Shown in pieces: positions 1-12,959 of a stretch of DNA of 64,000 nt. The stretch's first letter is position 1. Every line of letters begins with the position of its first letter. A program made the translations under genes and the position numbers. The notes under the pieces are model-generated. The model had not been told where the DNA came from. It did no database searches and saw only the letters and a program-made list of their open reading frames with translations. Source of the stretch: Camelus ferus (lineage: Eukaryota); NCBI RefSeq assembly GCF_009834535.1, contig NC_045697.1, positions 21,392,001-21,456,000 of the forward strand, written 5' to 3'.

Positions 1-264
1 TGGGATGAACTGCACATTATTGCACTGTTATCAGGCATTTCCACCACACGGATAAACACAGTTAACCTCAAGACCATCGATTACAGCAGGATGTAATAAC
101 TGATGAATGTTGAATATTTATTACATTTGTTTTTAATATAATGTTTAATTATAAATTATGCACTTTTCAATAATGGCTGTATTTAACAACTGGTTTGCAA
201 CATTCCTGAAAAATTAAAAATAAGAGTTTGTGAGGTGATAAAATCTGGCTCCAACATACCATTG
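1..264 (-). mobile_element. hAT DNA transposon fragment, MER63-like; runs off the window start
   Basis: Reverse complement resembles the recalled MER63 5' end (CAGTGGTGTGCTGGAGCCGG...TTTTCAGGAATTTTGCGAGCCGGTTGTTAAACACAGCCATTATT). Here the + strand reads 'aataatggctgtatttaacaactggtttgcaacattcctgaaaa...ctggctccaacataccattg'. Confidence 0.75.
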
Positions 265-429
265 GTAGAGGTTTAGACAGCAGGAAATCAAAGACCGGCC
301 TGTAATGTTAGGAATTAACTGATAGTCTACCATAGTACTCTCTAGACATTAATAAAGAAAGTATCTTATGGATTCTCTTAGAATAGCAGCAGTGAGTAGA
401 ACCAGCACAGATAATAAGTCCACCTCACT

Positions 430-2170
430 ACTGCTTCAAGCCAAGATAGAGTGACAGTGACCAGTTTTACACTCTTGATCAAAACAACTTAAAAACTGGA
501 CTAAAATGCCTTAAAAAAGCATATGTTCAGGCATTAGCCATCAAGTCATGAGGGTCGGTGATCTCTGAAGAAAAAAGTAAACACTATCCTTTTCCCAGTC
601 TTCAGCCTAAATAAAGTTTTCAGGCCATGGTGAAGAGAGGGAAAACTCAGGCAGAGGCTGGAAGTCTCTTTGACTTGAAAATATGGAGTTGGGAATCCAG
701 AGAATCCAAGATGGCTGGAGTTCACAGAACAGAGTGGAGAGAGTGCTTCAGAGAGAGAACTTTGGAGATCTTCACAGTATTCCTCTCAAATACTCATCTG
801 AACACTAGTCAGTGTATATATGAGGGTATTGCCGATGGCTAGAGAGATAATCAACTGAAAAGGTTAGAGGCAGTAGTGCCCCCAGTTCACACAGGACCAG
901 AGAAAAATATGTTCCCATCAGCCTGACGGGAAAACCTCATAATTCACAGAGAAGCCATTAGACTAAGAGGATTCTTACCTCTGTGGTGGGGAGAAATGAA
1001 CTTTAGACTAAAATTTACTGTGGACTCAACTCAAAATGCTTTAAAATCAAAAACTCAAAAGAATCAAACTGTTTCTAATATAATATAACTGTGTCCCATA
1101 ACAAATTTTCAGAATATTTAATAAAGGTACATAAAAATACCTAGCTCCAAACAGAGTAACATTTTCAGGTTTGACATCCTATGAGAAATTGCAAGATATG
1201 AAAAGACAGGAAATTATAATTCACAGTGAAAAGAAGAAAAAAATCAATACAAATTATCCATAAATAATACAGATAATAGAATCAGTAATCAAGAACACTA
1301 AATAGTTATTATAATTATAATTCACATGTTGAAGAAACTGCAGAAAGGATTGTATGCTAAATGGAGACATTAAATAAATGTTAAAAGAAACAAAATCAGA
1401 TTCTACAAATGAAAATGAAAATGTCAGTGATGAAAAATATGCTGCATGAGATAAAGATCACACTAAACATTTCTGGAAAAAAAAATAGTATATTTGAAGT
1501 AGACTTGAAGGCATAACAACAGAAAATGTCTGAAATGAAACATGGATAAAAGTAACTTGTAAAAGAAAGAAGAGACCATCAGTGAACTGTGGTACAACTT
1601 CAAGCAGCCAAATATATGTATAATAGGAATCCTTAGGAAGGATGGGGACAATTTTTTTAAAGGTGGCTGAAATCATTTTGCAAATTTGATGTAAACTATA
1701 AAACCACAGATCCAAAAGCTCTAAGAACTCCAAATACAAGAAGCATTAATAAAACTGCACAAAGGTGTGAATTAAGTAAATTTTTCAAAAAAGTAATAAT
1801 AAAGAAGATATCTTAAAAGCAAGTAGAGAAAAAAAAAGTATGTTAGGTACAATTAAATAAAGATAACTATGACAGCATATTTCTCTTCAGAAACAATTCA
1901 AGCCAGAGCACAGTAAGGCAATATCTTTAAAATATTGAAAGAAAAACCAACAAATTACCAGTCAAGAATTCTTCATCAGTGAAAATAGTTTTCAAAAATA
2001 AAGATGAAATAAGAACTATTATGTAGACAAAACCCAAAATAACTCATTACTAGGAGACCTGCACTGCAAGAAATATTAAAAAAAAATTCCTTCAAGCACA
2101 AGGAAAATTTTACCAAGTAGAAACTTAGATCCACAATAAAGGAATTAAATTTTGTCCATGTAGGTAAAGA
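430..2170 (+). mobile_element. Old L1 (L1ME-like) 5' region and decayed ORF1
   Basis: A-rich + strand with L1 ORF1 hallmarks: 'catcagtgaactgtggtacaacttcaagcagccaaatatatgtataataggaatcc', 'aaactataaaaccacagatccaaaagctctaagaactccaa' and 'agacctgcactgcaagaaatattaaa'. No intact frame. Confidence 0.75.
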
Positions 2171-3149
2171 CATTTGTATAGGCATTCCTCTGTCTTGCAG
2201 ATTTTGAATTTTGTCTTCTATATTATAGGAAAATATTTCTTTTACCTCAAGTTCATCTATCATGGACCTACACTGAGTGCAGGTCTCAAATAACATCTGA
2301 GTAAAAGTTGAAACCAAATCCAACTACTGGAATGTTCAAACTTGAATCTCAAGTAAAATCAATCATATCATTATAATTAAACCATCTAAATATGTTTTCT
2401 TTTCTCCAGTTTTATCCCAAAAGAACTACTTATCACAAATTATCTTAAATTGTATCGATATAAATTTGCAATAGCCTGAAATTTCTTTGTTAGGCAAAAC
2501 TTCTCTACTAGACTGTAACAATTTGACCAGCCCTTAAAACATGGGGGTTTCTTCCTCTTGTCTAGTTCTGGAATCTATGAAAGTTGAAGAATAATACTCA
2601 GAAAATAATAAATCAAGGAGGTAAGACAAGGTAATATGTCTTCACAGGAACTGTTAAAGACACTGCTATTGTTACCACCATTATTTCACACTTGCCCTAG
2701 ATACGTGTCATTGAACCACTGGATTCCCAGTTCCTAACAAGACACTGAAAATTATCTTTGGCATTTGAGATCAATTATGTCACTACTTCTAGTTTCAAAA
2801 TACACAGAAATCCTTTTCAGTTGCAGAACTCAAATTGTATTAATGAGTCTTTCTTCTAAGGATTTGGGAGAGAAAATATGTAGTCCAAGACTAATTCAGT
2901 AACAAGAGGCGGGACCTTGAATCCTGTTTGTTTGAAGCTTCAAAACTATGAATTAATGAACATTCAAAAAAAAAAAAAAATAAGGTCTATTCACTTCAGG
3001 AATAAACATAAGGGAATTATATTAATAAACTATGCATTTTTATTAAATGAAACTAGAAAGTGCAGAGATATAACATGCTTTATTTTTATAAACAATCTTT
3101 ATCACAAAAATTAATTTTAAAACTTCTTTTTAAATTTGAAATAAAAATC

Positions 3150-3600
3150 TCAGTGTGATTAGAAACTTGATAAACTTCTTTTAAAAAGCAAATGGACAAA
3201 CAGAATATGACCAAGAAAAACTTGACAAAAAGAAAATTTAGAGGACTTGCTGTTTGAAATAACAGACTATGCTGTGAAAAACCCTAAAATATCTCAAATG
3301 ATTCAGCAGCATTAGTGGAAACTTAAGCAAAATACTGAAATAGTTTATAAACCTCAGAAAGTGTCAGAATTCTCCAGAAATTTATTATAACAAAGGTGAC
3401 ATTACATATTAAAAGCATAAAGACAGAATTTCCACTAGCGCTAGAAAAACCGGCTCTCTATAAAAAATGAAGATAATGTTAGATCTCCATTTCACTTTAC
3501 TTAGAAAGTATATTCTAGAGAAATTAACAGCTAATTAAATAGGATTCAAATATAACCAATAGAAAGTAGAAATAAATAAACATTTCAAAATGTCTTAGAA
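3150..3600 (+). mobile_element. Ancient L1 ORF2 3' fragment
   Basis: Contains 'gaaacttgataaacttcttttaaaaagcaaatgga...agaggacttgc' and 'ttagatctccatttcac...tattctagagaaattaa', resembling degraded L1 ORF2. Confidence 0.55.
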
Positions 3601-3974
3601 TTATTTCCAATATAATCTATTATTCTTTCTATGTTTTTATTATTTCTATGTTTTAACATTAAATATTCTGTCATGGACACAGCCCTGATATTTTGCCAAT
3701 TAATCTGGTTTAAGGCCACTTTTAAGTGGACATAGGAATGTGAACATTTAAATTTCTTGGAGTGTGTGTTCTAGAGGTTCAAGATCTGAAAACTTTCCAG
3801 AACATTTTTCTACGTATTTCATTTTAGTTTTGAACACTAGGTCCGTGACTTTGACCACATATTGGCCAAAATGACACAGGTGTTGATTTTTGCCAACCAT
3901 ATTTATCAAAAATATCTTTCAAATCAACTTGTTAGTCCATAATGCCAAATATTAAGCAGGAGATCTGCATATTA

Positions 3975-4250
3975 AGATAGAAAGTAAGGATAAATCCTGG
4001 GGGATGTAATGTACATCCTGGTGACTAGAGTTAGCAATACCGTATTGTTTATTAGAAAGTTGCTAAGAGAGTACATGTTAACATTTCTCCTAACAAGAAA
4101 ACAATTTGTAACTATGTGGGGTGATGAATGTTAACTAAATTTGTTGTAGTGAATTATTTGTTAATATATACATAAATCAAATATTACGCTGGACACTCAA
4201 AACTAAAACAATGTTATATGTCAATTATATCTCAAATTTAAAAAGAAATA
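3975..4250 (+). mobile_element. L1 3' end (L1MA9-like)
   Basis: 'gatgtaatgtacatcctggtgactagagttagcaataccgtattg...gttgctaagagagta...gtaactatgtggggtgatg...aatgttatatgtcaattatatctcaa' followed by an A-rich tail. Confidence 0.8.
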
Positions 4251-5719
4251 AATTATACCAGATTATTTATTATAATACATGCAATGTTAAAGCAGCAGTT
4301 TGAGTAATTTTTATAATTACACTAAAAAAGTTTGTGGTAACCCTCTGGAACTTGACTGAGAAACCGGTATAATTAATGAACAGCTCCTTTTAGGCAATGG
4401 GAAAAAAAAAAGATTATCTTTCTCTATTTTTTTCTAAAATAGAGAATCTTAAGAAATAAATTCAGGCCTTTTTTTTTTTTTTTTGCCTTCCCTAAGCTTA
4501 ATTTTTCATAATTATATCATCCTAGACATGAAATGCAGTAACAGTAGATATCACATCAAAACATTTTAGTTTTAATCCAGAACACCACAAGAAGAACTGC
4601 AAGGAAGGAAATAAGCTTTGACATCTTTGCCAAGTCAAAATTGTAGGTAATTATTTTAAAGTAGGTCTTCTTTTTTATTTTAAAACTGAAGGAAGAAAAA
4701 TGGACATAATTATTCTGCAATGGAAATGTAAAAATAGTACAGTCCATAATTCCGGGAGTTATCAATTCTGTTCTCTGTAATGCAGTAGAAACCTAACAAA
4801 TAAAACATTTATGTGAAAAACGTAACTTAGTACAATGAGCTAAGTGCAATGAGAGCTATCGTATAGAACATTCAAATAATGAGCACTCATCTGAATGTTG
4901 TGTCATTTAGTATCCACCACAAATATTATAGTTTAATGAAATGGTGTGCATGTAAATGGCTTATCTAGTATATTTAGGGATTTTCATAGTTCTCAATCCA
5001 GTAAAAAATCAAAATTATTTGAAAGGTGGTAAAAACATGAACAATGTCATCATAACACCATATGACAACATGGTTTCTATGATATTTCTAATTCCTGACT
5101 ATAAGACAGAGAACAAAAATTCCCTTTTATGAAACAAGATCCCTCCTACCCCTCCTGCTACACACTCACAGGAAAACATTTCTAGTACTTCCAAAATATA
5201 TTAGAAAAATCTCCTGGATACTTGAGGCATTTTGAAGGACGTCACAGACAAAAATAGGTTATTAACATTATAAGTCTTAGGAAAAGTCCAAAAACAATAA
5301 ATATTAGAATAAAAATAAATTGTCCTTTGTTTTTCTGAAAGCAGAATAGAATTTCTGTTTATCTCCAAAGAACAACCGCACAATTTTATGCATCTTCAAA
5401 CTTTTTAAAATAAGATAATAACATAATTTAAACTGAATTTAATTTTGTCTTTTGATATATTTATTAATGGAATCAGAATGTACCTTCACATCCGTGAATG
5501 GCTGTGTGTTGGACAAATTTGCTTTATTCCATAAAGACTAGCAATGGAATAATTTCATGTCTATGTTAAAATATAGAAACTATAAAAATAACATATATTA
5601 AACGAGAATTGAAGTAACAATATATAACAAACTAGAACTGAGCTTCTGAATTTAATTACATGGAGAAGGACAATGAGTCTGTCGGTTTTAGTAGTCATAA
5701 TAGAGAAAGTTTCCTTAGG

Positions 5720-5940
5720 GCTTACTAGGTACCTGAAGCTGCTGTTAATGCCTTTTGCATATTAACACATTTAATACTCATAAGAACCCAAGAAATTGAT
5801 GCTATTTTAATTAACCCAAATTTACTGATGAGGAAGCTGAAGTACAGAGATTAAATTGCCCAAACATAACATAGCTAATGAGGAAAGAGCTGAGATTCAT
5901 ACACAGCAGTGTGGCTCTGGTCACCAAACTTCAACACACT
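5720..5940 (-). mobile_element. MIR SINE
   Basis: Reverse MIR core: 'tttactgatgaggaagctgaagtacagagattaaattgcccaaac...agctgagattcatacacagcagtgtggctctg'. Confidence 0.75.
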
Positions 5941-6349
5941 GGGGTGCCCTGGAAGCTCTGTGTGCTATGAACCTCTGTGAATCACTCGTGGGCTCTCCTT
6001 TCCCATTGACTGATGAGGCCTCAGACTGGTGTGTGTCTGTTATTATAGTCCAGTGCTACATCAGAGTTTACTTTTATTTGATGCTTACCTTTAATTTTAA
6101 AATGCAAAAAATATTACAACCAATGAAGAATAATTTAATAAAGCATTATTTCATTTGTAGAAGAAAATGATTGAGCTCATAATATATGAAAGGCATCATT
6201 TATAATGCTGGTAAAGCAAAATTAATGATTCCTGGTACTTCTCCTGAAGGGGTTTATGACTAGTGAATGTTGTTTACTCTGTTCAGAATGTCCTTCCCAC
6301 ATTTTACCATTCCCAATTCCACCAACTCAAATTTGAAAATTCTACTTTC

Positions 6350-6784
6350 TTTTTTTTTACTGAAGTATAGTCTATTTACAATGTTGTGTTTATTTCTGGT
6401 GTATAACATAGTGATTCATTTATACATGTATATATATTCCTTTTCATATTCTTTTTCATTATAGGCTGTTACAAATTATTGAACATAGTTCCTATGCTAT
6501 ACAGTAGGAACTGTTGTTTGTCAAACTCCCAATTCATCCATCCCCAACCCTTTTTTCCCTGGTAACCATAAGCTTGTTTTCTATTTGTAAGTCTGTCTCT
6601 GTTTTTTAACTGAGTTCATTTGTGTCTTTATTTTTTTTTTTTAGATTCCACATATAAGTGACATCATATGGTAATTTTCTTTCTCTTTCTAGCTTACTTC
6701 ACTTTGTATGATGATCTCCAGGTCCATCCATGTTGCTGCAAATCGCATTATTTTATTCATTTTTATGGCTGAGTAGTATTCCAT

Positions 6785-6844
<60 letters not shown>

Positions 6845-7075
6845 ACAACTTTTTTTTCCAGTCATCTGTCAGACATTCAGGTTTTTTCTATGTCTTGACC
6901 ATTGTAAATAGTGCTGCTATGAAAATTGGGGTGCATGTATCTTTTTGAATTAGAGTTTCCTCTGGATATATGCCCAAGGGTGGGATTGCTGGATCACAGT
7001 ATAAATCTATTTTCAGTTTTTTAAGGAATCTCCAAGCTGTTTTCTACAATGGCCATACCAAACTACATTCCCACC
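6350..7075 (-). mobile_element. 5'-truncated L1 (cetartiodactyl/camelid type): ORF2 C-terminus and 3' UTR
   Basis: Poly-T, then 'gaagtatagtctatttacaatgttgtg...ttagattcccacatataagtga...tccatgttgctgcaaat...gggattgctggatca...aaactacattcccacc'. Homologous to the copies at 25729 and 41722. Confidence 0.9.
6785..6842. repeat. (TG)5(TA)24 microsatellite inside the L1
   Basis: Direct reading of the sequence. Confidence 0.95.
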
Positions 7076-7082
7076 TAATATC

Positions 7083-7267
7083 TTTTTTTTTGTATATATA
7101 TTTTTATTGGTAGTATAGTCAGTTTACAATGTTGTGTCAATAACTGGTGTACAGCATAATGTTTCAATCATACATGAACATACATGTATTTGTTTCCATG
7201 TTTTTTTCACCATAAATTACCACATGATGTTGAATATAGTTCCCTGTGCTATACAGTAAGAACTTGT
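7083..7267 (-). mobile_element. Short L1 3' end with ~15 bp TSD
   Basis: T-tail and 'agtatagtcagtttacaatgttgtgtcaat...gttccctgtgctatacagta'. Flanked by ttcccacctaatatc (7068-7082) and ttcccacctactatc (7268-7282). Confidence 0.88.
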
Positions 7268-7789
7268 TTCCCACCTACTATCCTTTGATAAGAACTTCCT
7301 TGACTGCTTTGAGCACCAACAATTTTTCTTTAATTTTATTTGAATATGATTTTGCATAGATCTTTTTAAAATTTCTTTAAATGTTTTCCTACAATAAATA
7401 AATTTAAATAGTATAGAAGGATATGAAATATTTTTTATAAAGTTTCCTCTGTTTGTCTTCTGTCTTAATTTAACTCCCTAAAACCAAGCAGTATTCACAG
7501 GTTAGTACATAATGTCACCAAAAAAATGAGCCAACAGTAAAACATAGCAAAATTTTTAATGTCCATACAAACATACCTATATTTGTATCGATCACAAGGT
7601 TAACATTTATTGGTTTATTTATACAAGTACAAACTAGAAAGTGAGATCCACTAAAATAAGAAAATGTTTTGAAACTCCTAGGAGAGGGCTTTAGAAGCAG
7701 CATAGTGTATATATTTGGTTGAATAAATACATCAATTCATGATTTCATCAAACACACAAACACAAACACAAACACACAAACCCACACAC

Positions 7790-7930
7790 ACTTTGACTTG
7801 ATTTGAAAATAAAGAACTGGATAAAATGCCAATCTCTCCTTACAGATAGCAAGGCTTATTTGAATCTCTATGTTTTTACTTTCTTATTTAGAAAATAGTG
7901 GTAATAGTATATATGTAAAGAGATCTTGTA
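7790..7930 (+). mobile_element. Degraded MIR
   Basis: 'gcaaggcttatttgaatctctatgtttttactttcttatttagaaaatagtggtaatagta' resembles the MIR core. Confidence 0.5.
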
Positions 7931-9093
7931 ATAATGGGCATTTTTCCAAGTAAATTTTAGAGCCTGCTACAAACTAAATTATACAACAATATAATTATAC
8001 AATTATACAACACATATTTTCTACATTCAAATTCTTACTAAAGCATAAATATATGATTATTTATAAATATAATTTTGTATTTTTTATGATTATAGGAGTA
8101 AATAACCTATGTAGCAGATAACTGTCTATACCTAGAGATCTCATTTATAACATAAACCTGAAAATTATGCATTGTTTTGATTTTTCAGAGTAGAGTACCT
8201 GGAATTGTTAGCCTAAAAGATTTTTAAGTAAAATGCTATCAATCATTTATGGAAATACTATGATAGACTCATCATCAATGAAGCAAACCCTGTGCAATTA
8301 CTATTCTTGGACCGGTAATCAATTCAAAGCCATTTTCTCTCACAGTGCTTCATGTATTCAAGAATTGTTGTTTGTGCGTTTTAATGCTGACTGAGTTTTG
8401 GACTTTTATCAGACCACTGAACAGGTGAAATTCTTCCAGAATGGTACAGTTGACCTATTCATACCATGGTCTCACCTGCAGTTTTGCAAAACACTCAGTA
8501 GTAATGCTATCCAATATTAATTAAAACATTTCAACTCTTCTGTATGATCATTATTCAACAGAGTTTCACCAGTTTCTTTCATAGTGAAAGGGATACAAAG
8601 ATAGATGATTTTTGAAAGTATCTGAGACTCGGTTTCAGCACAATGGCAGCTGGCTCATGATTGAGATTATGCAGCAATGTCTTCTATTTTTCTCTCACAG
8701 TTATATTTAGCTCCTATAAAAGTCATCTCTGGGAAGATATTTGTGAGCAATAGTTATTATTCAAAACCCAACTGAACTGATACACCAAATCTTTATATTT
8801 TTTTTCTCCAAGGTTAATGAATATTTACAAAGTTAATCAAGAATTGATATAATAATTCAGGAAATTTCTGGCAGATACTTTTTTTGCTTTGAATAATCAA
8901 GAATTTTGCTAACATTCATCAAATTGAAAGGGTAATCACTGAACTATTTATTTTTCACAGCAGAACATGAGAGACTTGGAAATTAAGGGAAGAGTTGGAA
9001 GAAATTCCCCAACTATCTGCCCATTACCAACCAACATTAGGGTGAAAAAAATCATTTTCTGCAATGGACAATGAGTGGACTCATGCACTTCTG

Positions 9094-9220
9094 CATTCAT
9101 TCAGTAAACATATATGCAACATTTACCTTGATTAAGGCACTATGACAACAACAAGAACACAAAAGTTTCTTAGACATGACCCCTCCGCTCAAGGAACAAA
9201 CCATCTGAGAGACAGACTGA
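9094..9220 (-). mobile_element. L2 3' end fragment
   Basis: 'cattcattcagtaaacatat...aaggcactatg...agacatgacccctccgctcaaggaac' is the reversed L2 tail. Confidence 0.65.
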
Positions 9221-9226
9221 AATAGT

Positions 9227-9251
9227 AAAAAAAAAAAAAAAAAAAAAAAAA
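9227..9251. repeat. Poly(A)25 run
   Basis: Direct reading of the sequence. Confidence 0.9.
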
Positions 9252-10847
9252 GTCTTATAACTGAAAATTGACTTAATGATTCAAAGAGGTAGACCAGGAA
9301 AAGAAACAACTAATTACCTTGGGTTTCAGAGATAGTTTGAGCTTATTTGTAACTTAAGAAAGAGCCAAGAATTGTTTTTAAAAATAATTCTATATTTTAA
9401 AAGATTTGAAAGTTTTACTGAGGTCAAAAACGTCAAGCACTTAATCTTTGTAATATGTGTGGTTTCAAAGCCTAGGTTTTCAGTAGACCATCGATGATAC
9501 AGTAAGAGATATTCTCTGGGTAGTCCTGTATCTTAAATAAATAGTATTATTTACTGATTTTGTTTTTCCCAATGCTTTGTTTTCCTTAGAAAACAAAATT
9601 GCTTGAATCATATTAATGGACAGAAAGATAGCCCAAGATAAGGAAGAACTTGATAAAGCCTGGCATTGAAAACCAGATTTTCTGTGAGGAGTGAAAAGTT
9701 GAATTCTAGTCTAAATTTGTGGAAGAAAAAACTATGAATGCTAGTTTTTTTGATATTCTATGAAAAGTTTGCAGTTTTATGTTCCATATCTCACCCTTTT
9801 TTTTTACCACTGGCTATAGCCTACAATATTCATTCATACATAAAAAGTAATTCAGGTAAGCAAAATCACCCTCAATCACATCATCATGGCTGACTTTTTC
9901 GTGCATTGCCACATATTTTATTTTCTTATATATATTTTGTACAGTGGAAAGTAAAATAAATGCTATCAAAAAAATCTCATTCTCTTTCTCTTTTTTGTTG
10001 CACTTGCTTGTTTTCTTTCAACAGTGATACAGAAAATAAAGGTAGTGTTATTCCCTTTAGAATGAAGAAACTCTGACTCTAAATTGGGGTGCCCCATGAT
10101 ATAGACATAAATGAAATGCCAATGTTTCTTTTTTGCCGCTAAATGCCGGAGAATGTGAGAAGCATGAATACACTCTGGGATATTTAGAAAGATAAGCCTT
10201 AGTTTGTAGTAGAGAACTTGAGAAAGCTGAATTTCTCTGCATAAAAAAATGTGGGGAAGTACAATATGCATTGTACATTTGGCTTTTTAGATTGTCAGCC
10301 AAGAGAAAGGGGAGAAGAGAATCGTTCAAGCTGGTGAGAAGCCAGTACTCCAAATGGGGGTTAAGAAGGAGATACACTCACTACCAGGACTCAGTTCCCA
10401 AGTGACTTTGAAGAGTGAGGAAGAGCAACACTCAGTATTAAGCTGTACTCTGTGCTCTGCTGTGTACTACCATCTCCCCATTGTGCCAGATTTTCATAGC
10501 ATTTAGCCCACACAAACTTATTTAATTGGTTCTTTTGGGTTGATGGAGGATGATGAGCTCATCTGAGGATGAGAGGGGGAAAACATGGTTAACAGATGCT
10601 TCACATACAGAGATGGAAATGGAGAGTCGGAGGAGCTGACAGGAGCAGCAGGACCAGGTAAGAAGTGAGCACTTTCAGGATTCTCCAGAGGCGTTAGGAA
10701 GAATGATTATTAAATCATGTGAGATGGTGAGGTGAGTTTGAGCCAATTTTAACTAAATTTTAAAGGCCAACATGACCTTTACAAACTAGAAGTTCTGAGG
10801 AACATATGAGAAGTTCCCAACTGGCATGCATACACACACATGCACAC

Positions 10848-11262
10848 TGCCAGGTCTGTATCATGCCCCCACCCACCCAAATTGATATGTTTAAGCCCTA
10901 ATTCCCAAGGTGACAGTATTTGGGGTGGGGTGTTTGGGAAGTAATTAGGTTTTGATCAGGTCATGAGGGTAGGGTCCTTGGATACCCTTATAAGAGACCA
11001 GAGAACTTGTTTCTCTCTCTATTTCACTCAGTCTGTCTCCTTGTCTGTCTGTCTATCTGTTTCTCAACTATGTGAAGACATAGGGAGAAGTAGATTGTCT
11101 ACAAGCCACAAAGAGAGCCCTTACCAGAAATTTAATTAGCTGGCGCTTTGATCTTGGACTTCTGTTCTCAGCTTCCAGAATTGTGGGACAAAAATATCTG
11201 ATGTTTAAGCCACCCAGTCAGTCTGTGGGATTTTGTTAGAGTAGCCCAAACATACTAAGACA
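10848..11262 (+). mobile_element. MaLR solo LTR (MLT1A-like) with 5 bp TSD cacac
   Basis: TG...CA ends. Contains 'aaattgatatgtttaagccctaattcccaaggtgacagtatttgg', 'ttgatcttggacttc' and 'tgtttaagccacccagtc...tactaagaca'. cacac lies at 10843-10847 and 11263-11267. Confidence 0.85.
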
Positions 11263-11375
11263 CACACACACACACACAACTTCTATATACACACACACAC
11301 AAACTTCTATATATACACACACACACACACACTTCTATACACACACATGCACACACACACAAAACTTCTATATAT
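11261..11375. repeat. Compound (CA)n / ACTTCTATA minisatellite, 4 units
   Basis: ACTTCTATA starts at 11279, 11303, 11331 and 11364, separated by TA/CA runs. Confidence 0.9.
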
Positions 11376-12959
11376 TTGCAGTTGGACTAGAATTTTGTGC
11401 TACTGTTTTCTAATCTGCTCCTTTATTTAGTAGGGTACCATGGATGCTTCCCCAATTCATTAAATAGGGGAATTTACTGTGACTTTCAAAAGCACCATTC
11501 TGTAGATATATGTAGTTCATATGTTCAAAAAATTATTTATTTTATATATATTAAATAATGAATTATTTTTTAAACATCAATTCATGTTTTTGCATATTTC
11601 CCTTAAAATATTTTTCCTAGAGATAATAAAGTTGAATATTTTAAATATACTTGAAGTCATTTTATTATAATTTTAATATGCATTGTACATATGGCTTCCT
11701 AATCTTGATTATAAACATTGGTTTGTGGTATTTTCTTATTTATCTTTAGATTATTTCATAGTGACTAGTGCAGTGGCTGCACAAAATAGATATTCAGCAA
11801 ATACCTCTTGGATATTGAAGTAATCAAGTATTTATATTACAAGACTACCAGCTGTTAAGTGATAATATTTTTTTGTTTTTGTTTCTTTCATGAGATTTGA
11901 GCAAATGTTTATAGTTTTATAGTAACTGTTATTAAGTTTTTATCCTCCTTATACTTTTATATTTGTACTTGTCAGTCATGTGACCTAATGTCTTTACACC
12001 ATTAATTCTACTTTCCCTCACAATTAAAAATATAATAAAGGTATTATGTAAATTAAATCTTGAGACTACTTTTCCTAGATCTTTCAACCAAAGAAATGTT
12101 TTCAGAAAACTGCCAGTAAACCAATTCTTCTGTTAATACTTACAATGTGTCCAGGGCTTTACTATACTTTATGACTGTTTTGACAAAAGTATTAAGCTCT
12201 TTGGAGAGATAAAACCAATACATTTGAAATCTGAGGGAGCCATTTATCACAGGATGCAATTACTAAGTGACATAGTGCAAAGATGTTGTTGATCAATCAT
12301 TGAAAAAATAAGCAGAAAAAAATTAAATGCAATTGTCTTAATAAAGATACACACTTGTATTTCAATTACAGGCCAGCACATAAAAAACAAGAAATTTGAG
12401 CCCACAGCATAATGTTTCAAAGGATTTTGTTGTCAAGAAAAGTTTTGAGTGATAGTTTTCAGGGAAATTAAAATTAAAACTACTGAGAACCTTGCTCCAA
12501 ATTACAAATTTTCCTGAAACGTCATCAAATAACTAGAAGAACTCAATTTCTGTATCGTTTCTCTACTGACATTCTTGTAATCAACTCCATTTTTATTATT
12601 TATACATTCTCCAATTAGACCTCTCTTCAAAATTATAAAAGTAAAGATCCAATTTGGATAAATAAAAGCTCTCATATACACATATATAAATACATGAAAG
12701 CTTTTGTTTATATAATACATATTTCTATTATATATATATATATATTTACATTGCACATGAGTTTTGTGTAAGAATTGTGTAAGAATTTAGGGCTTATTGA
12801 ATGAAAATAGCAAGGAAAAGAGAGAGGAAGTGGTGGGAACCAAATGGAAAACTTGGTGATCAAGAAAATTCCACAAGAAAAAAGTCACACAGCAAAGGTG
12901 AAAGAAGATATTTTTATTTGAGGTACATGGGGCTTAAAATGCTTCAAAGAAGCACATGA

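Noticed and set aside
1976..2323. 115 aa minus-strand ORF
   Set aside because: It starts at a non-ATG codon, and its distal half is antisense to decayed L1 ORF1. No recognisable domain.
11261..11375. CRISPR-like repeat-spacer pattern
   Set aside because: The repeats are only 9 bp and the spacers are CA/TA microsatellite. The context is mammalian, with no cas genes.
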